Numbered from the stretch's first letter, positions 1-9,933 are shown. The stretch is 64,000 nt of DNA from Terriglobia bacterium (GCA_963812835.1 CAWEWN010000001.1:264354-328353), one strand, 5' to 3'. Numbers and translations are program-made. Notes: generated by a model not told the origin, from the letters alone.

Positions 1-170
1 CAACAGAGCCCTTCTGTCCATGTCAGCCTCCCCGATAAAGTAAGAACCAATCCGTTCATGACTGACCACATTAACGGGTTCTCGGCCAGCAGGTCAAAGC
101 CAAGCCAACCCTCCAGGGTAGCAACAGCGCGGGGGTTGCAAAATTGACCCACTGACGGCGACAATCATCT

Positions 171-542
171 GTGCAGCCTACCCCATCAGTCCGGTCCCCG
201 ATCTCCAATGCCGGAGATCCGTTTCAACCCGGCAGCATGGCACTTTTAACGTTGGGTAATCCTCGTGAGAAGTTCTGGGGTGCGGTGCTTGCGCTGGCCG
301 TTCAAGGGATCAGTCTCTCCGGCATTGAACTGGGGTCATTCGAAGATTTTGTCTCGATGATAAAAGCGGGCGATCCCCCCGCTTTCGGTGTAGTCTTCTT
401 TCCGATGCATCGTATTGAGCGTGTAGAGCTGGATCTATCTGACAGCAACATCCCTTCCCTCTCTCAACGCTTCACGGCCAAGACAGGATTGGACCCGGCT
501 TCAATCCTCATTCCGCATATTTCCACCCGGTCGAGCCAGTGA
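171..542 (+). CDS. hypothetical protein (start more likely ATG at 237)
   Basis: Open frame that ends 4 nt inside the next gene start. No motif recognised. Confidence 0.4.
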   Translation: MQPTPSVRSPISNAGDPFQPGSMALLTLGNPREKFWGAVLALAVQGISLSGIELGSFEDFVSMIKAGDPPAFGVVFFPMHRIERVELDLSDSNIPSLSQRFTAKTGLDPASILIPHISTRSSQ

Positions 543-1144
543 AGATGAAGCTTTCCCAACTGCTGACCGCGCCCAACCAGTTGACCCTGCTGCGCATGAT
601 GTTCGTGCCGTTCATCGTGATTGATCTGGTTGCCGGCCACTACAAATGGGCGCTCATCTTGTTTGTCCTGGCCGGCTTCAGTGACGGCCTGGATGGCCTG
701 CTGGCCCGGACACTCAAGCAGCAGACGGTGCTCGGCCAATATCTCGATCCCATCGCCGACAAGTTTCTGCTCAGCACCATGTTCATGGTGCTGTCTATTT
801 TGCATAAGATCGCGTGGAAGTACACGGTACTGGTTTTCAGCCGGGATATCTCGATTCTCTTTGCCAGCGCCGTGCTGTACGCCATCGCTGGATTGCGCAA
901 CTTTCGTCCCAGCATCTTCGGCAAGGCCAACACTTTTGCCCAGGTGGCCGCCGTGTTTTTCGTAATGCTGTTTCAAATTAAACATGACCGCTGGGTTTTT
1001 ATCACACAGGCGACATTTCTCCACGCTACGGTCGGGTTCACCGTCGTCTCAGCACTGCACTATGTGCTTCTCGTAGGCCAACGACTGCGGGCCGCCAACC
1101 ACGTTTCTCCGGACGCTTCCAAACCGGCGGGTGGTTCGATTTGA
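539..1144 (+). CDS. pgsA: CDP-alcohol phosphatidyltransferase (PgsA-like)
   Basis: DG-x2-AR-x8-G-x3-D-x3-D motif present as DGLLARTLKQQTVLGQYLDPIAD. Several hydrophobic helices. Confidence 0.8.
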   Translation: MKMKLSQLLTAPNQLTLLRMMFVPFIVIDLVAGHYKWALILFVLAGFSDGLDGLLARTLKQQTVLGQYLDPIADKFLLSTMFMVLSILHKIAWKYTVLVFSRDISILFASAVLYAIAGLRNFRPSIFGKANTFAQVAAVFFVMLFQIKHDRWVFITQATFLHATVGFTVVSALHYVLLVGQRLRAANHVSPDASKPAGGSI

Positions 1145-1200
1145 CCCTGTTTCCGCTGTCCCCCTAGAATTGACGATCCTGTCGCACACTTCCTCATCCT

Positions 1201-2682
1201 ATGGCCCTGCGCCTGTACAACACGCTGCCCGGCAAGATAGAAGAATTCCATCCGCTGCAAAATAATAATGAAGTGCGGATGTACGCTTGCGGGCCAACCG
1301 TCTACGACTACGGCCACATCGGTAATTTCCGGACTTTTGTTGCAGTGGATATCCTCCGCCGCTTTCTTCGGCAGAGTGGTTTCAGTGTGCGCCACGTCAT
1401 GAACATTACCGACGTGGACGACAAGATTATCCGCAACTCTGCGCAGGTGGGATTGAGCGTCAAGGATTACACCGCTAAGTATGAAAAGGCATTCTTAGAA
1501 GATAGCTCCACACTGAACATCGAGCCGCCATTTCTGGTACGAGCTACCGAGCACATCGAAGAGATGGCGCGCTTCATTGCAGAGCTCGAGAAAAAGGGCT
1601 TCGCCTATCGCACGGAAGACGGCTCCTATTACTTCCGCATCGCGAAGTTCCCCGGCTACGGCAAGCTTTCAAAGAAGGATTTCGCGGGCATGGAAGACGG
1701 TGCGCGGGTTGATGTTGACGAATACGAAAAAGATAACGCCCGCGATTTTGCCCTGTGGAAGGCGCCAAAGCCTGGAGAAGCATTCTGGGAGAGTCCGATC
1801 GGGAGAGGGCGGCCGGGATGGCACATCGAGTGCTCGGCCATGTCGATGCAGGAATTGGGCGAAACTTTCGATCTGCATGCCGGTGGCGAGGACCTAATTT
1901 TTCCGCATCATGAAAATGAAATCGCCCAATCCGAGGCGCTGACGGGGAAGCCGTTTGTACACTTCTGGTTTCACGCCCGCTTTCTGCTGGTCGAAGGCGA
2001 GAAGATGTCGAAGAGCGCAGGCAATTTTTTTACTCTGCGCGATTTGGCGCTCAAAGGTTACAAGCCTTCTTCGATCCGGCTGCTGTTGGCGTCGGTGCCT
2101 TATCGCCATCAACTGAACTTCACCTTCGATGGTTTGAAGCAGATGGCTAGTAACGTGGACAAGTTGCGGAACTTTCAATTGCGTCTGAAGACCGGACAAT
2201 TCCCTCCCGGCGCCAGCGATTCGACGCTGGCCTCCGAAACGGTAGCGCGCATGACGGCCGCGCTGGAGGACGACCTTAATACCGCGCAAGCCCAGGCCGC
2301 CATTTTTGACATGGTACGCAAAGCCAACGCCGCGATCGACGGCGGACAGATGCAGAAAGATGATGTTGCACCGCTGCTTGCCGCACTCGACAAATTTGAC
2401 GAAATCTTTGCGGTCCTGCGCGACGACGACGGACCCAAAATGAAAGCCATTCTGCAATGGGCAAAAACGGAAGGCCGGGAGAAAGATGTCAGCCAGGAAC
2501 TGCTTGCCGCCGTCGGAACGCAAAGCCTCTCTGACGCCGAGATCGAAACCAGGATCGCTGAGATGGAAGCTGCCCGCCGCTCGCGTAATTTTAAAGCCTC
2601 AGATGCGATCCGCGCCGAACTCACCACCGCGGGACTTCTGGTCGAAATCACCAAAGATGGCGTCCGCTGGCGCCGAAAATAA
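1201..2682 (+). CDS. cysS: cysteine--tRNA ligase
   Basis: Class I synthetase motifs HIGN and KMSKS. CGPTVYDYGHIGN N-terminus is typical of CysRS. Confidence 0.95.
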   Translation: MALRLYNTLPGKIEEFHPLQNNNEVRMYACGPTVYDYGHIGNFRTFVAVDILRRFLRQSGFSVRHVMNITDVDDKIIRNSAQVGLSVKDYTAKYEKAFLEDSSTLNIEPPFLVRATEHIEEMARFIAELEKKGFAYRTEDGSYYFRIAKFPGYGKLSKKDFAGMEDGARVDVDEYEKDNARDFALWKAPKPGEAFWESPIGRGRPGWHIECSAMSMQELGETFDLHAGGEDLIFPHHENEIAQSEALTGKPFVHFWFHARFLLVEGEKMSKSAGNFFTLRDLALKGYKPSSIRLLLASVPYRHQLNFTFDGLKQMASNVDKLRNFQLRLKTGQFPPGASDSTLASETVARMTAALEDDLNTAQAQAAIFDMVRKANAAIDGGQMQKDDVAPLLAALDKFDEIFAVLRDDDGPKMKAILQWAKTEGREKDVSQELLAAVGTQSLSDAEIETRIAEMEAARRSRNFKASDAIRAELTTAGLLVEITKDGVRWRRK

Positions 2683-2683
2683 C

Positions 2684-2745
2684 TGAGAACCGAGAACCGG
2701 TCACTGAAAACTGGTTTCCAGTTTCTAGTTTCCAGTTCCCTAACC
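2684..2745. repeat. 7-nt-period repeat hairpin, AGTTTCY class
   Basis: ctgagaaccgagaacc...ctggtttccagtttctagtttccagttccc. Inverted heptad arrays directly after the cysS stop. Confidence 0.8.
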
Positions 2746-2752
2746 TCTGTAA

Positions 2753-3346
2753 CTACCGCAATATTCGTTGACTAAGCGCAGCATCCAAAACTGCGTTGCC
2801 GGTTGGGCCGCACACCTGCTGGTTCCACTGCTGTTTCAAATCTTTGGGTTGAGGAATGAATGCGGCCCGTCGAGCCACCCTCGGAGCCGGAGACGACGTC
2901 TGGGGAATCAGCGAAGCAAAACTGCTCACCGTAGTGAGGATCAGATTGACCGCGGCCGTGATTCGAGCGGAAAGTGCCGGGTCGCTGATATGGGCCGCCT
3001 GCAGAAGGGCCGGCAATTCCTGGTTAGTTTCCTGAATCATGCTCTGGATTTTCTGCAAAGTGTCCGCGCTGGGAATTGTTTTGTAAGCGTTGTACAGCGA
3101 CTGCAACAGTGTTAGGTCTTTGCTGGCCTCCGCCGAAATGTTCTGGATCGCCGTCGCCTCGGTCGAGGTCAACTGCTTTCCCGATTGCAAGGTGGTTACC
3201 AGCGCGGCAAGATTCAGCGCCATCTGGGTAAGTACCGGCAAGTCCGCCAGTGCGACGCTGATCCACTGTGCGCTGCATCCCGTCGCGATCAATGAAATGC
3301 TCAAGACAAATACCAATACGACTCTCGTCGTCGAAGTTGACTTCAT
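2753..3346 (-). CDS. hypothetical lipoprotein
   Basis: Internal ATG gives MKSTSTTRVVLVFVLSISLIATGC, a signal peptide plus lipobox. The longer ORF to 3436 lacks a signal sequence. Confidence 0.6.
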   Translation of the reverse strand: MKSTSTTRVVLVFVLSISLIATGCSAQWISVALADLPVLTQMALNLAALVTTLQSGKQLTSTEATAIQNISAEASKDLTLLQSLYNAYKTIPSADTLQKIQSMIQETNQELPALLQAAHISDPALSARITAAVNLILTTVSSFASLIPQTSSPAPRVARRAAFIPQPKDLKQQWNQQVCGPTGNAVLDAALSQRILR

Positions 3347-3432
3347 GAGTTGTTTTCTCCCTGGGATAGATCGTGTTGACTTGGATTTAGTGAAGTGAGT
3401 GCCACGGGCACGTGGCTCGGCTCCCGTGGCCC

Positions 3433-3471
3433 GCAAAAAAAATCGCCACCGGCCGAAAGCCGATGGCGATT
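3433..3471 (-). terminator. intrinsic terminator downstream of gatA
   Basis: On the minus strand, AATCGCCATCGGC-TTTC-GGCCGGTGGCGATT hairpin followed by TTTTTTTT. Confidence 0.8.
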
Positions 3472-3523
3472 CTGTTCTTGAGGTCCTTAAGTTATTTTCA
3501 GCTTTGCAACGCGTGGAACAAAC

Positions 3524-4958
3524 TTACGCCGCCTTTTCACACGCCTGCGCCACCCTAAAGATTGTGCTCTCGTCAAAATGCCGGCCTAGGATCTGCAACC
3601 CAATGGGCAGCTTTTCCTTGGTCTCGCCGCAGGGCACGGATATTCCGGGAATTCCCGCCAGGTCCGCAGTCACGGTGTAGATGTCGGCCAGATACATGGC
3701 CAACGGGTCATCCACTTTTTCGCCCAGCTTGAAAGCCGCCGTGGGACTAACTGGCGCCACGATGGCGTCAACTTTCTTGAACGCCTCTTCGAAATCTCGC
3801 GTCAGCAAAGTGCGCACTCGTTGCGCCTTAAGATAGTAGGCGTCGTAGTAGCCCGCGCTGAGAGCGTACGTGCCCAGCATGATGCGACGCTTTACTTCCG
3901 CACCAAAGCCCTGATCGCGACTGCGCCGGTACATCTCGGAGAGCGTCCGCGCATCTTTAGCGCGATGTCCGTAACGCACGCCGTCAAAGCGGGCCAGGTT
4001 CGACGACGCCTCGGCTGTCGCCACAATGTAGTAAGCGGGGATCGCATACTTTGTATGCGGCAAAGAGACTTCTACGATCTCGCAACCCTGCTTGGCCAGC
4101 TTCTGGATCGCCGCTTCGATCGCGCTGCGAACCTCCTTGTCCAGGCCTTCTCCCAAATACTCTTTGGCAACACCAAGTTTCAGCCCGTGTACAGGCTTTT
4201 CAAGTTCAGCGACATAATCCGGAACGGGCACGTCGGCCGAAGTCGAATCCATTGGATCGCGACCAGCAATTGTCCGCAGCACCATGGCCGCGTCCTTGAC
4301 CGTCTTCGCCAGCGGCCCGATGTGATCGAGGGAAGACGCGAACGCGATCAGACCATAGCGCGACACGCGTCCGTAAGTCGGCACCATCCCGACCACACCG
4401 CAGAACGAGGCTGGTTGACGAATCGACCCGCCCGTGTCCGAGCCCAGCGCCACTACAGCCATGTCGGCCGCCACGGCCGCCGCCGAGCCTCCGGAAGAAC
4501 CCCCGGGAACACGCGTGAGATCACGCGGATTGTGCACCGGCTTCCAGGCCGAGTTCTCGTTGGACGATCCCATGGCAAACTCGTCGCAGTTCAGCTTGCC
4601 CAACACTACGGCGCCCGCAGCTTCAAGCCGGGCAACGGCCGTGCAATCGTACGGCGGAATATAGTTGCCCAGAATCTTCGAACCCGCCGTACTGCGAACA
4701 CCCTTCGTGACCATTACGTCTTTGATTGCGACGGGCACGCCACCCATTGGAGGAAGCTTTTCGCCTTTCGCAGCCAAAGCGTCCATCTCTAAAGCTTTGG
4801 CAAGTGCCCGATCTTTGCAAAGAGTCAGGTAACGCGCCGATCTTCGGATCGTCGTTCTGAATCTTGGCGTAAAACGACTCCGCCAGCATGGCAGCGCTGG
4901 TCTTGCGCTCCTGTACGGCGGAGCGGGCCGCGTCAATGGTGAGCAGATCGAGATTCAT
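3524..4958 (-). pseudogene. gatA: Glu/Asp-tRNA amidotransferase subunit A, frame broken by one extra base near 4829-4832
   Basis: N-terminus [15 protein letters not shown]...NDDPKIGA is in the frame of ORF 4623..5003. The rest, [13 protein letters not shown]...[12 protein letters not shown] (amidase signature), is in ORF 3524..4936. Removing one T from GCGTTACCTG restores a 477-aa protein. Confidence 0.9.
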
Positions 4959-5029
4959 GGATGAAGAATTCGTCGAGGCCACTGGTCCTTGGCCAAAGAC
5001 CATCGGCCAGGGACCAACGACGATTTTTT

Positions 5030-5368
5030 CTACCTTTCGATCACTTTCGGAACTCTGAAAAATGTCCCATCCGAGTCCGGAGCATTTTCTAGCGCCACAT
5101 CATGCGGCAGCGACTTTCGCAATCCGTGGAGAATGTCTTCGCGGCTGGCGTAGGCAAAACGCTCGCTGCCCTGCTTCGACTGATCCACACCGTAGCGGTC
5201 CGACACCTGCGCCATAGGCGGCACATTCGTTGTGTCCAACTCGTTCAGGCTGTCAATGTGGCCAAGGATCGAGTTCAGGTCGCGCACCATCCGGGTGCGC
5301 TCTTCTTCGGTCAACTCCAGGTTGCCGAGGTCGGCCACGTACGCCACGTCTTTTTCGGTAACTTTCAT
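5030..5368 (-). CDS. gatC: Glu/Asp-tRNA amidotransferase subunit C
   Basis: MKVTEKDVAYVADLGNLELTEEE...IDSLNELDT is typical of GatC. Lies immediately upstream of gatA. Confidence 0.9.
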   Translation of the reverse strand: MKVTEKDVAYVADLGNLELTEEERTRMVRDLNSILGHIDSLNELDTTNVPPMAQVSDRYGVDQSKQGSERFAYASREDILHGLRKSLPHDVALENAPDSDGTFFRVPKVIER

Positions 5369-5751
5369 GTCCGTGTGGGGCGGGCGCCCTCGCCCGCCGC
5401 TTTGTCGACAATCACAAACTCAATCCGTCTCACGCTTTCTGCGACATAGCGATTGAGAACCGCTAGATATTGTGGAGCCAACGCTTGCAACTCGGCGCGC
5501 CACCCGGCGTCAGGAACTTCAACTCGAAGAATCCCCTGAGCAAAGGCGACGGCCCGAGTGCGCGCCGCGACCGCCTGCCCGCAGGCCAGCGCCCAAGCCC
5601 GCAGCGGGCCTTCTCCTGCAGGAGAGCGCCGCAGACTGCCGGCAACGATCTTCTCCAGTCCTGCGCCGACTTGTTCCATGGCTCGGGTCATCAGCGGATC
5701 AAATTCTTGGTGGGAAACGAAAATGATTTTATCATCCCCCAAAGCTTCCAC
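5365..5751 (-). CDS. DUF721/DciA-like protein
   Basis: W..ACGQAVAARTRAVAFAQGILRVEVPDAGWRAELQ...LNRY pattern resembles DUF721. The last 12 codons are supplied by a REP hairpin. Confidence 0.55.
   Translation of the reverse strand: MEALGDDKIIFVSHQEFDPLMTRAMEQVGAGLEKIVAGSLRRSPAGEGPLRAWALACGQAVAARTRAVAFAQGILRVEVPDAGWRAELQALAPQYLAVLNRYVAESVRRIEFVIVDKAAGEGARPTRT
5373..5403. repeat. GC-rich REP hairpin, family A
   Basis: gtgtggggcgggcgccctcgcccgccgcttt, with stem GGCGGGCG/CGCCCGCC. The identical 31-mer recurs at 36985-37015. Confidence 0.9.
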
Positions 5752-5892
5752 CCCGCGCTGAACGACTCGTGATGCCTATATTTCCAGAATAGCAATTCGC
5801 AACGGGCAAGTGGGACATCGAGACACACTATATATTTCTTTTCTTCTCAACCGCTTGAGCAGGAACCGGTGAGTTATGGGGCTTGACAGATT

Positions 5893-7272
5893 CTATTCCG
5901 CGGGTCGGTTTTTATTGGAATTGTCTGCTGGCAGAGGAAATTCCCGTCTCACGTAGTCCATCGCGTTGTCTTTCGACTGCAGACGCCCTTCGAGCTGGGC
6001 ATCCTCCACCGAGGATAGGATTTCTTTGAAGCGCGGCCCCGGTGTGTATCCGGCCGCGATCAGATCATCTCCGCTGATAAGCGGCGCGGGACGAATAGTT
6101 TCCGGAGGGATCGCAGCGATCTTTTCGCGAGTAAAGTTATAGGACGTCAGGTCGCGGTGGCTGGCCTCGCAATCCAGCCGATGCAGCTCGATATGCTCGT
6201 CAAAGTGCGGCATGCGCACAAATTTCTTGAACGTTGATTCCTTCATTTGCGGCACATGCGCGAAACGCATGTGATTGGCCACCAGCGCCAGGATCTGCTC
6301 GGATGCGTCATTCGAAAAACGCAGTCGTCGGCAGATTTCCTCGGCCATCTTCACGCCCACATCCACGTGATTATCAAAGCGAATACGATCGGGCGCCACG
6401 CGGAAAGTCGGAGGCTTTCCCACATCGTGCAGGAGCGCTCCCCAGGCCAACGTCGGCGGACTGGGATGCGGCAATTCTTGAAGTAACAACAAGGTGTGCA
6501 CAAAGACGTCGCCTTCGGGATGAAACTCAGGCGGCTGCTGCACGCCTTTCATCGCCGAAATCTCCGGCAGGATTTCGCGCAGCAAGCCAGTTTCGTCGAG
6601 CAGCAGGAAAGCTTCGCGGGCGTGGCCCTCGGTGAGCATCTTGGTCAGTTCGTCGCGAACTCGTTCACGCGAGACTTGATGGATTCCGCTGGCCAGCTTC
6701 TGGATCGCAGCGAAAGTTTCGGGCTCGATGGCGTATCCGAAGCGGGCGGCAAAGCGGACCGCACGCAGCATGCGCAACTTATCTTCCGCGAAGCGCAGCT
6801 CCGGCCGGCCGATGGTGCGAATGATTCCAGCAGCAAGGTCCTTGCGCCCGCCTACGAAATCCAGGACTTCGTCGCCGATAGGATCGAGCAGCAGGCCGTT
6901 GATGGTAAAGTCGCGGCGCTCGACATCTTCCTTGGCACTCTTGCTGAAGCGCACCTCGTCAGGATGGCGGCCGTCGCTGTAGCCGAGATCGCTGCGGAAG
7001 GTCGCGACTTCGACCGTATTGCCGCCCTCATCTCTCACCGGCACCAGCACCACTCCAAACTGCGCGCCCACCGCGTAGGTTTCGGGGAAGATCCGCATCA
7101 CCTCGTCAGGCGTCGCGTCGGTGGTGACGTCGTAATCGGCGGGCTCGCGGCCGAGCAACAGGTCCCGAACGCATCCGCCAACGAGGTATGCCTGGTGGCC
7201 GTGCTCGCGCAGAGTGCGAGTAATCTGTTTGGCGAACTCTCTGATCTCAAGCATTTTGCCTGCAGTGAACAT
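5893..7272 (-). CDS. cca: CCA-adding tRNA nucleotidyltransferase / poly(A) polymerase family with HD domain
   Basis: GGCVRDLLLGREPADYDVTT nucleotidyltransferase motif. LHDVGKP HD region. Confidence 0.85.
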   Translation of the reverse strand: MFTAGKMLEIREFAKQITRTLREHGHQAYLVGGCVRDLLLGREPADYDVTTDATPDEVMRIFPETYAVGAQFGVVLVPVRDEGGNTVEVATFRSDLGYSDGRHPDEVRFSKSAKEDVERRDFTINGLLLDPIGDEVLDFVGGRKDLAAGIIRTIGRPELRFAEDKLRMLRAVRFAARFGYAIEPETFAAIQKLASGIHQVSRERVRDELTKMLTEGHAREAFLLLDETGLLREILPEISAMKGVQQPPEFHPEGDVFVHTLLLLQELPHPSPPTLAWGALLHDVGKPPTFRVAPDRIRFDNHVDVGVKMAEEICRRLRFSNDASEQILALVANHMRFAHVPQMKESTFKKFVRMPHFDEHIELHRLDCEASHRDLTSYNFTREKIAAIPPETIRPAPLISGDDLIAAGYTPGPRFKEILSSVEDAQLEGRLQSKDNAMDYVRREFPLPADNSNKNRPAE

Positions 7273-7353
7273 TAGTCGCCCGCAGCGACCGAACAGCAGG
7301 GGTTCGTCCCGAGCAAAGTCGAAGGAGCGGCCGTCCCCTTGGTTCCTGATAGA

Positions 7354-8136
7354 TCAGGCGCCGGCATTCCATTCCGCGCGCAGCGCCTCCCGTTCCGACT
7401 CACTCAATCCAAACCATGATTCCGCCACATCGCGGACGCGCTCAAGGGCAGCCTGCATTTCCGCTTGCTTTCGCGTGAGCTCTTCAGCATCCGCGTCGGG
7501 CGAAACTGTGATCAGCGGCGCACTTACGATCACTGCCCGCGAGAAGGGGCGGGGAATCGCCATCAGATCCCAGGCTTTCTTCAGCGTGTGCGCCTTTTCC
7601 ATTGCGATATGAAACACGTAAATCGGCCGGCCGGTTTTCCGGGCCAGCATTACTGGTCCGGGCTTGGCCACATAGCGTGGACCGCGCGGGCCATCGATGG
7701 TAAACGACGAGTCGAGGCCCTCTTCCATCCGCCGCGCCATCACTGCCAGCCCGCGCAGCCCTCCGCGCGTGGAACTTCCCTGCGCAGTGTTGAAGCCAAA
7801 ATGTTCAATCACACGTCGCGTCCACTGGCCATCGAAATTGGTGGTATTCATCACCACCACGCCCCGATTGCGCCAGTACCAGGTGGCGGGAATGATGCAG
7901 CGATGCCAGAAAGCGGAAACTACCGGCACTCTTAGAGCGCGAGTTGGCCGGAAATAATGCATTCCCAGTTCCTCAAAACGCAGCGTGGGACCGAGCACGC
8001 GAATGACGGAGATCACGGCCGCGGCGATGACCGGGATTTGCATACGCCGCCAACGGGAAAGTTGGGGCAGACGGGTGTCGTAGAGTGAGCTGACCGGCTC
8101 GGCGGCGGGTGGCGCGCTCTGGTTTCCGCTCGACAT
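7354..8136 (-). CDS. DUF374 lysophospholipid-acyltransferase-like protein
   Basis: FDGQWTRRVIEHFGFNTAQGSSTRGGLRGL...FTIDGPRGPRYVAKPG matches the DUF374 pattern. Internal ATG at 8136 chosen as start. Confidence 0.65.
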   Translation of the reverse strand: MSSGNQSAPPAAEPVSSLYDTRLPQLSRWRRMQIPVIAAAVISVIRVLGPTLRFEELGMHYFRPTRALRVPVVSAFWHRCIIPATWYWRNRGVVVMNTTNFDGQWTRRVIEHFGFNTAQGSSTRGGLRGLAVMARRMEEGLDSSFTIDGPRGPRYVAKPGPVMLARKTGRPIYVFHIAMEKAHTLKKAWDLMAIPRPFSRAVIVSAPLITVSPDADAEELTRKQAEMQAALERVRDVAESWFGLSESEREALRAEWNAGA

Positions 8137-8182
8137 CACGCATATTGTAGTCGCCCGACGGTCTAGCAAGCATCGGGGAGGG

Positions 8183-8206
8183 ATGGAGGACGGGTGTCCC
8201 GCCCGT
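8183..8206. repeat. REP hairpin, family B
   Basis: atggaggacgggtgtcccgcccgt. Related copies at 34621, 47378 and 47450 (the last inverted). Confidence 0.8.
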
Positions 8207-8280
8207 TGAGCCCTGGCCCGTGTATGACGGGTGAGACGCTCGTCCTCATCACTCCCAATTCGTGATTTAAACTGGAAACT

Positions 8281-9441
8281 ATGGCTGAGGCCTACATTCT
8301 TGGGATCGAAAGCTCCTGCGACGAGACTGCCGCGTCCATCGTGTATTCCGGAGAGAGAGTCGTCTCGAATGTCGTCTTCTCGCAGATCGCGGCCCACCAG
8401 CCGTACGGTGGCGTGGTCCCCGAGCTCGCTTCAAGGGAGCATCTGAAAGCCATTGTGCCAGTGGTTCGCCAAGCCCTGGCCGATGCCGGGCATACCTACC
8501 AGTCCATTGACGCGCTGGCCGTGACCCAGGGACCGGGGCTGGCGGGAGCGCTGTTGGTCGGAATCGGATACGCTAAGGCTTTGGCGTTTGCGCTCGACAA
8601 ACCCCTGATCGCCGTCAATCATCTCGAGGGACACATTCATGCTGTCCTGCTCGAGGAACGGCAGAAAAATAATCGCGAGATGAATTTCCCCGTACTGGCC
8701 TTGGTCGTCTCAGGCGGACACACGCATCTTTACCTGGCCGAGCAGCAGGAGCAACACTGGTCGTACCGGAACATCGGTCACACTCGCGACGACGCTGCCG
8801 GCGAAGCCTTCGACAAAGTAGCCAAGCTACTGGCATTGGGATATCCGGGCGGCCCCATTATCGACAAGCTCTCCACTCACGGCGATCCCACTGCGGTGAA
8901 CTTTCCTCCTGCGCAGCTCAAGCATCGGGATCGGAACGAGCGAAACAATGACGGAGCTACGGAGCGTTTTGATTTCTCTTACAGCGGCATCAAGACCGCA
9001 GTCTTGCGCTACGTGGAAATCCACGACATGAAGGCTTCGATTGACGCGCGCCGAAAGGCCCTGGCCGGGATGGAAAGGCCGAAGCTTGAGGACTATCTGC
9101 TTCATTGCGATCGCAAGACCCTCAATCTGGTGGCTTCATTCCAGCGCGCGCTCGTGAGTGACCTGGTCACAAAGACTCTCACTGCCGCGCGAGCGAGCAA
9201 TGCTGCCACCCTGTTCGTTACCGGCGGGGTTGCCGCGAACAATGAACTGCGGCAGCGCTTCGAGCGGGACGCTGCCATGGAAGGCCTGCCCGTGTATTTT
9301 CCTTCCCGTCCACTATCGACTGACAACGCCGCCATGATCGCGGCCGCCGCGTACCCCAAATTTTTGGCCAGGGATTTTGCTGGCATGGATTTTTCGGCGG
9401 AAGCTGGAATGGTGTTGGGTGGAACGGTAGTTGGCGATTAG
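8281..9441 (+). CDS. tsaD: tRNA N6-adenosine threonylcarbamoyltransferase
   Basis: ILGIESSCDETAASIV N-terminus. Kae1/Gcp family along the full length. Confidence 0.95.
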   Translation: MAEAYILGIESSCDETAASIVYSGERVVSNVVFSQIAAHQPYGGVVPELASREHLKAIVPVVRQALADAGHTYQSIDALAVTQGPGLAGALLVGIGYAKALAFALDKPLIAVNHLEGHIHAVLLEERQKNNREMNFPVLALVVSGGHTHLYLAEQQEQHWSYRNIGHTRDDAAGEAFDKVAKLLALGYPGGPIIDKLSTHGDPTAVNFPPAQLKHRDRNERNNDGATERFDFSYSGIKTAVLRYVEIHDMKASIDARRKALAGMERPKLEDYLLHCDRKTLNLVASFQRALVSDLVTKTLTAARASNAATLFVTGGVAANNELRQRFERDAAMEGLPVYFPSRPLSTDNAAMIAAAAYPKFLARDFAGMDFSAEAGMVLGGTVVGD

Positions 9442-9450
9442 CGCTAGGAA

Positions 9451-9523
9451 ATTGCCAGTTGTCAGTATGGAGTTGTCAGTTCTCAGTAGGTTGCTTTTGC
9501 TAATTGCCAATTGCTAATTGCTG
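9451..9523. repeat. 7-nt-period repeats (AGTTGTC class, then TGCYAAT class)
   Basis: agttgtcagtatggagttgtcagttctcagt followed by tgctaattgccaattgctaattgct. Lies between convergent tsaD and the response regulator and overlaps the latter's stop. Confidence 0.85.
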
Positions 9524-9933
9524 CTCTTCGCTGCCGCCTTCGCTCTTGTAGTGTGTTTTCCCAGCAGTGCTTCGAGCGCTTTCGCGAGTTGAGCTTCGAT
9601 ATCAATGTCTTTGAAGATGGCGAAATTGGCTCGATGCTCTTCCGCGTCGAACCCGCTATTCTTGCCGGCCACGATCACGATCGGGATGTCAGCCGTCTCG
9701 GGTTGGGCTTTGAGAGCGGTGATGAGTTCGGTCCCGGTCATCTTAGGCATCTGCATGTCGGTGATGATGATGTCGGGGTGGATCCGATTGACGATGGGAA
9801 GAGCTTCCTCACCGTTGGTGGCGGATTCCACGGTATAACCACGCTCCTCGAGAAACCGGCAGACCGTGTGGCGGATGAGCATGGAATCGTCTACGACCAG
9901 TGCCACGAGCGGAGTTTGACTTTTTGCGGACAA
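9514..9933 (-). CDS. single-domain response regulator (CheY-like receiver)
   Basis: LVVDDS...DIIITDMQMPKMTG...K receiver signature. No output domain. Confidence 0.85.
   Translation of the reverse strand: MSAKSQTPLVALVVDDSMLIRHTVCRFLEERGYTVESATNGEEALPIVNRIHPDIIITDMQMPKMTGTELITALKAQPETADIPIVIVAGKNSGFDAEEHRANFAIFKDIDIEAQLAKALEALLGKHTTRAKAAAKSSN

Noticed and set aside
1-170. Possible 3' end of a gene entering the window (frame 1 is open to a TGA at 151-153)
   Set aside because: It is only about 50 codons with no recognisable motif, so I cannot support a call.
4826-4838. Programmed ribosomal frameshifting or transcriptional slippage in gatA, iscS or sucA
   Set aside because: There is no slippery heptamer or long homopolymer at the sites. 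Dozens of similar breaks, including deletions and closely spaced pairs, occur in unrelated genes, which fits sequence error far better.
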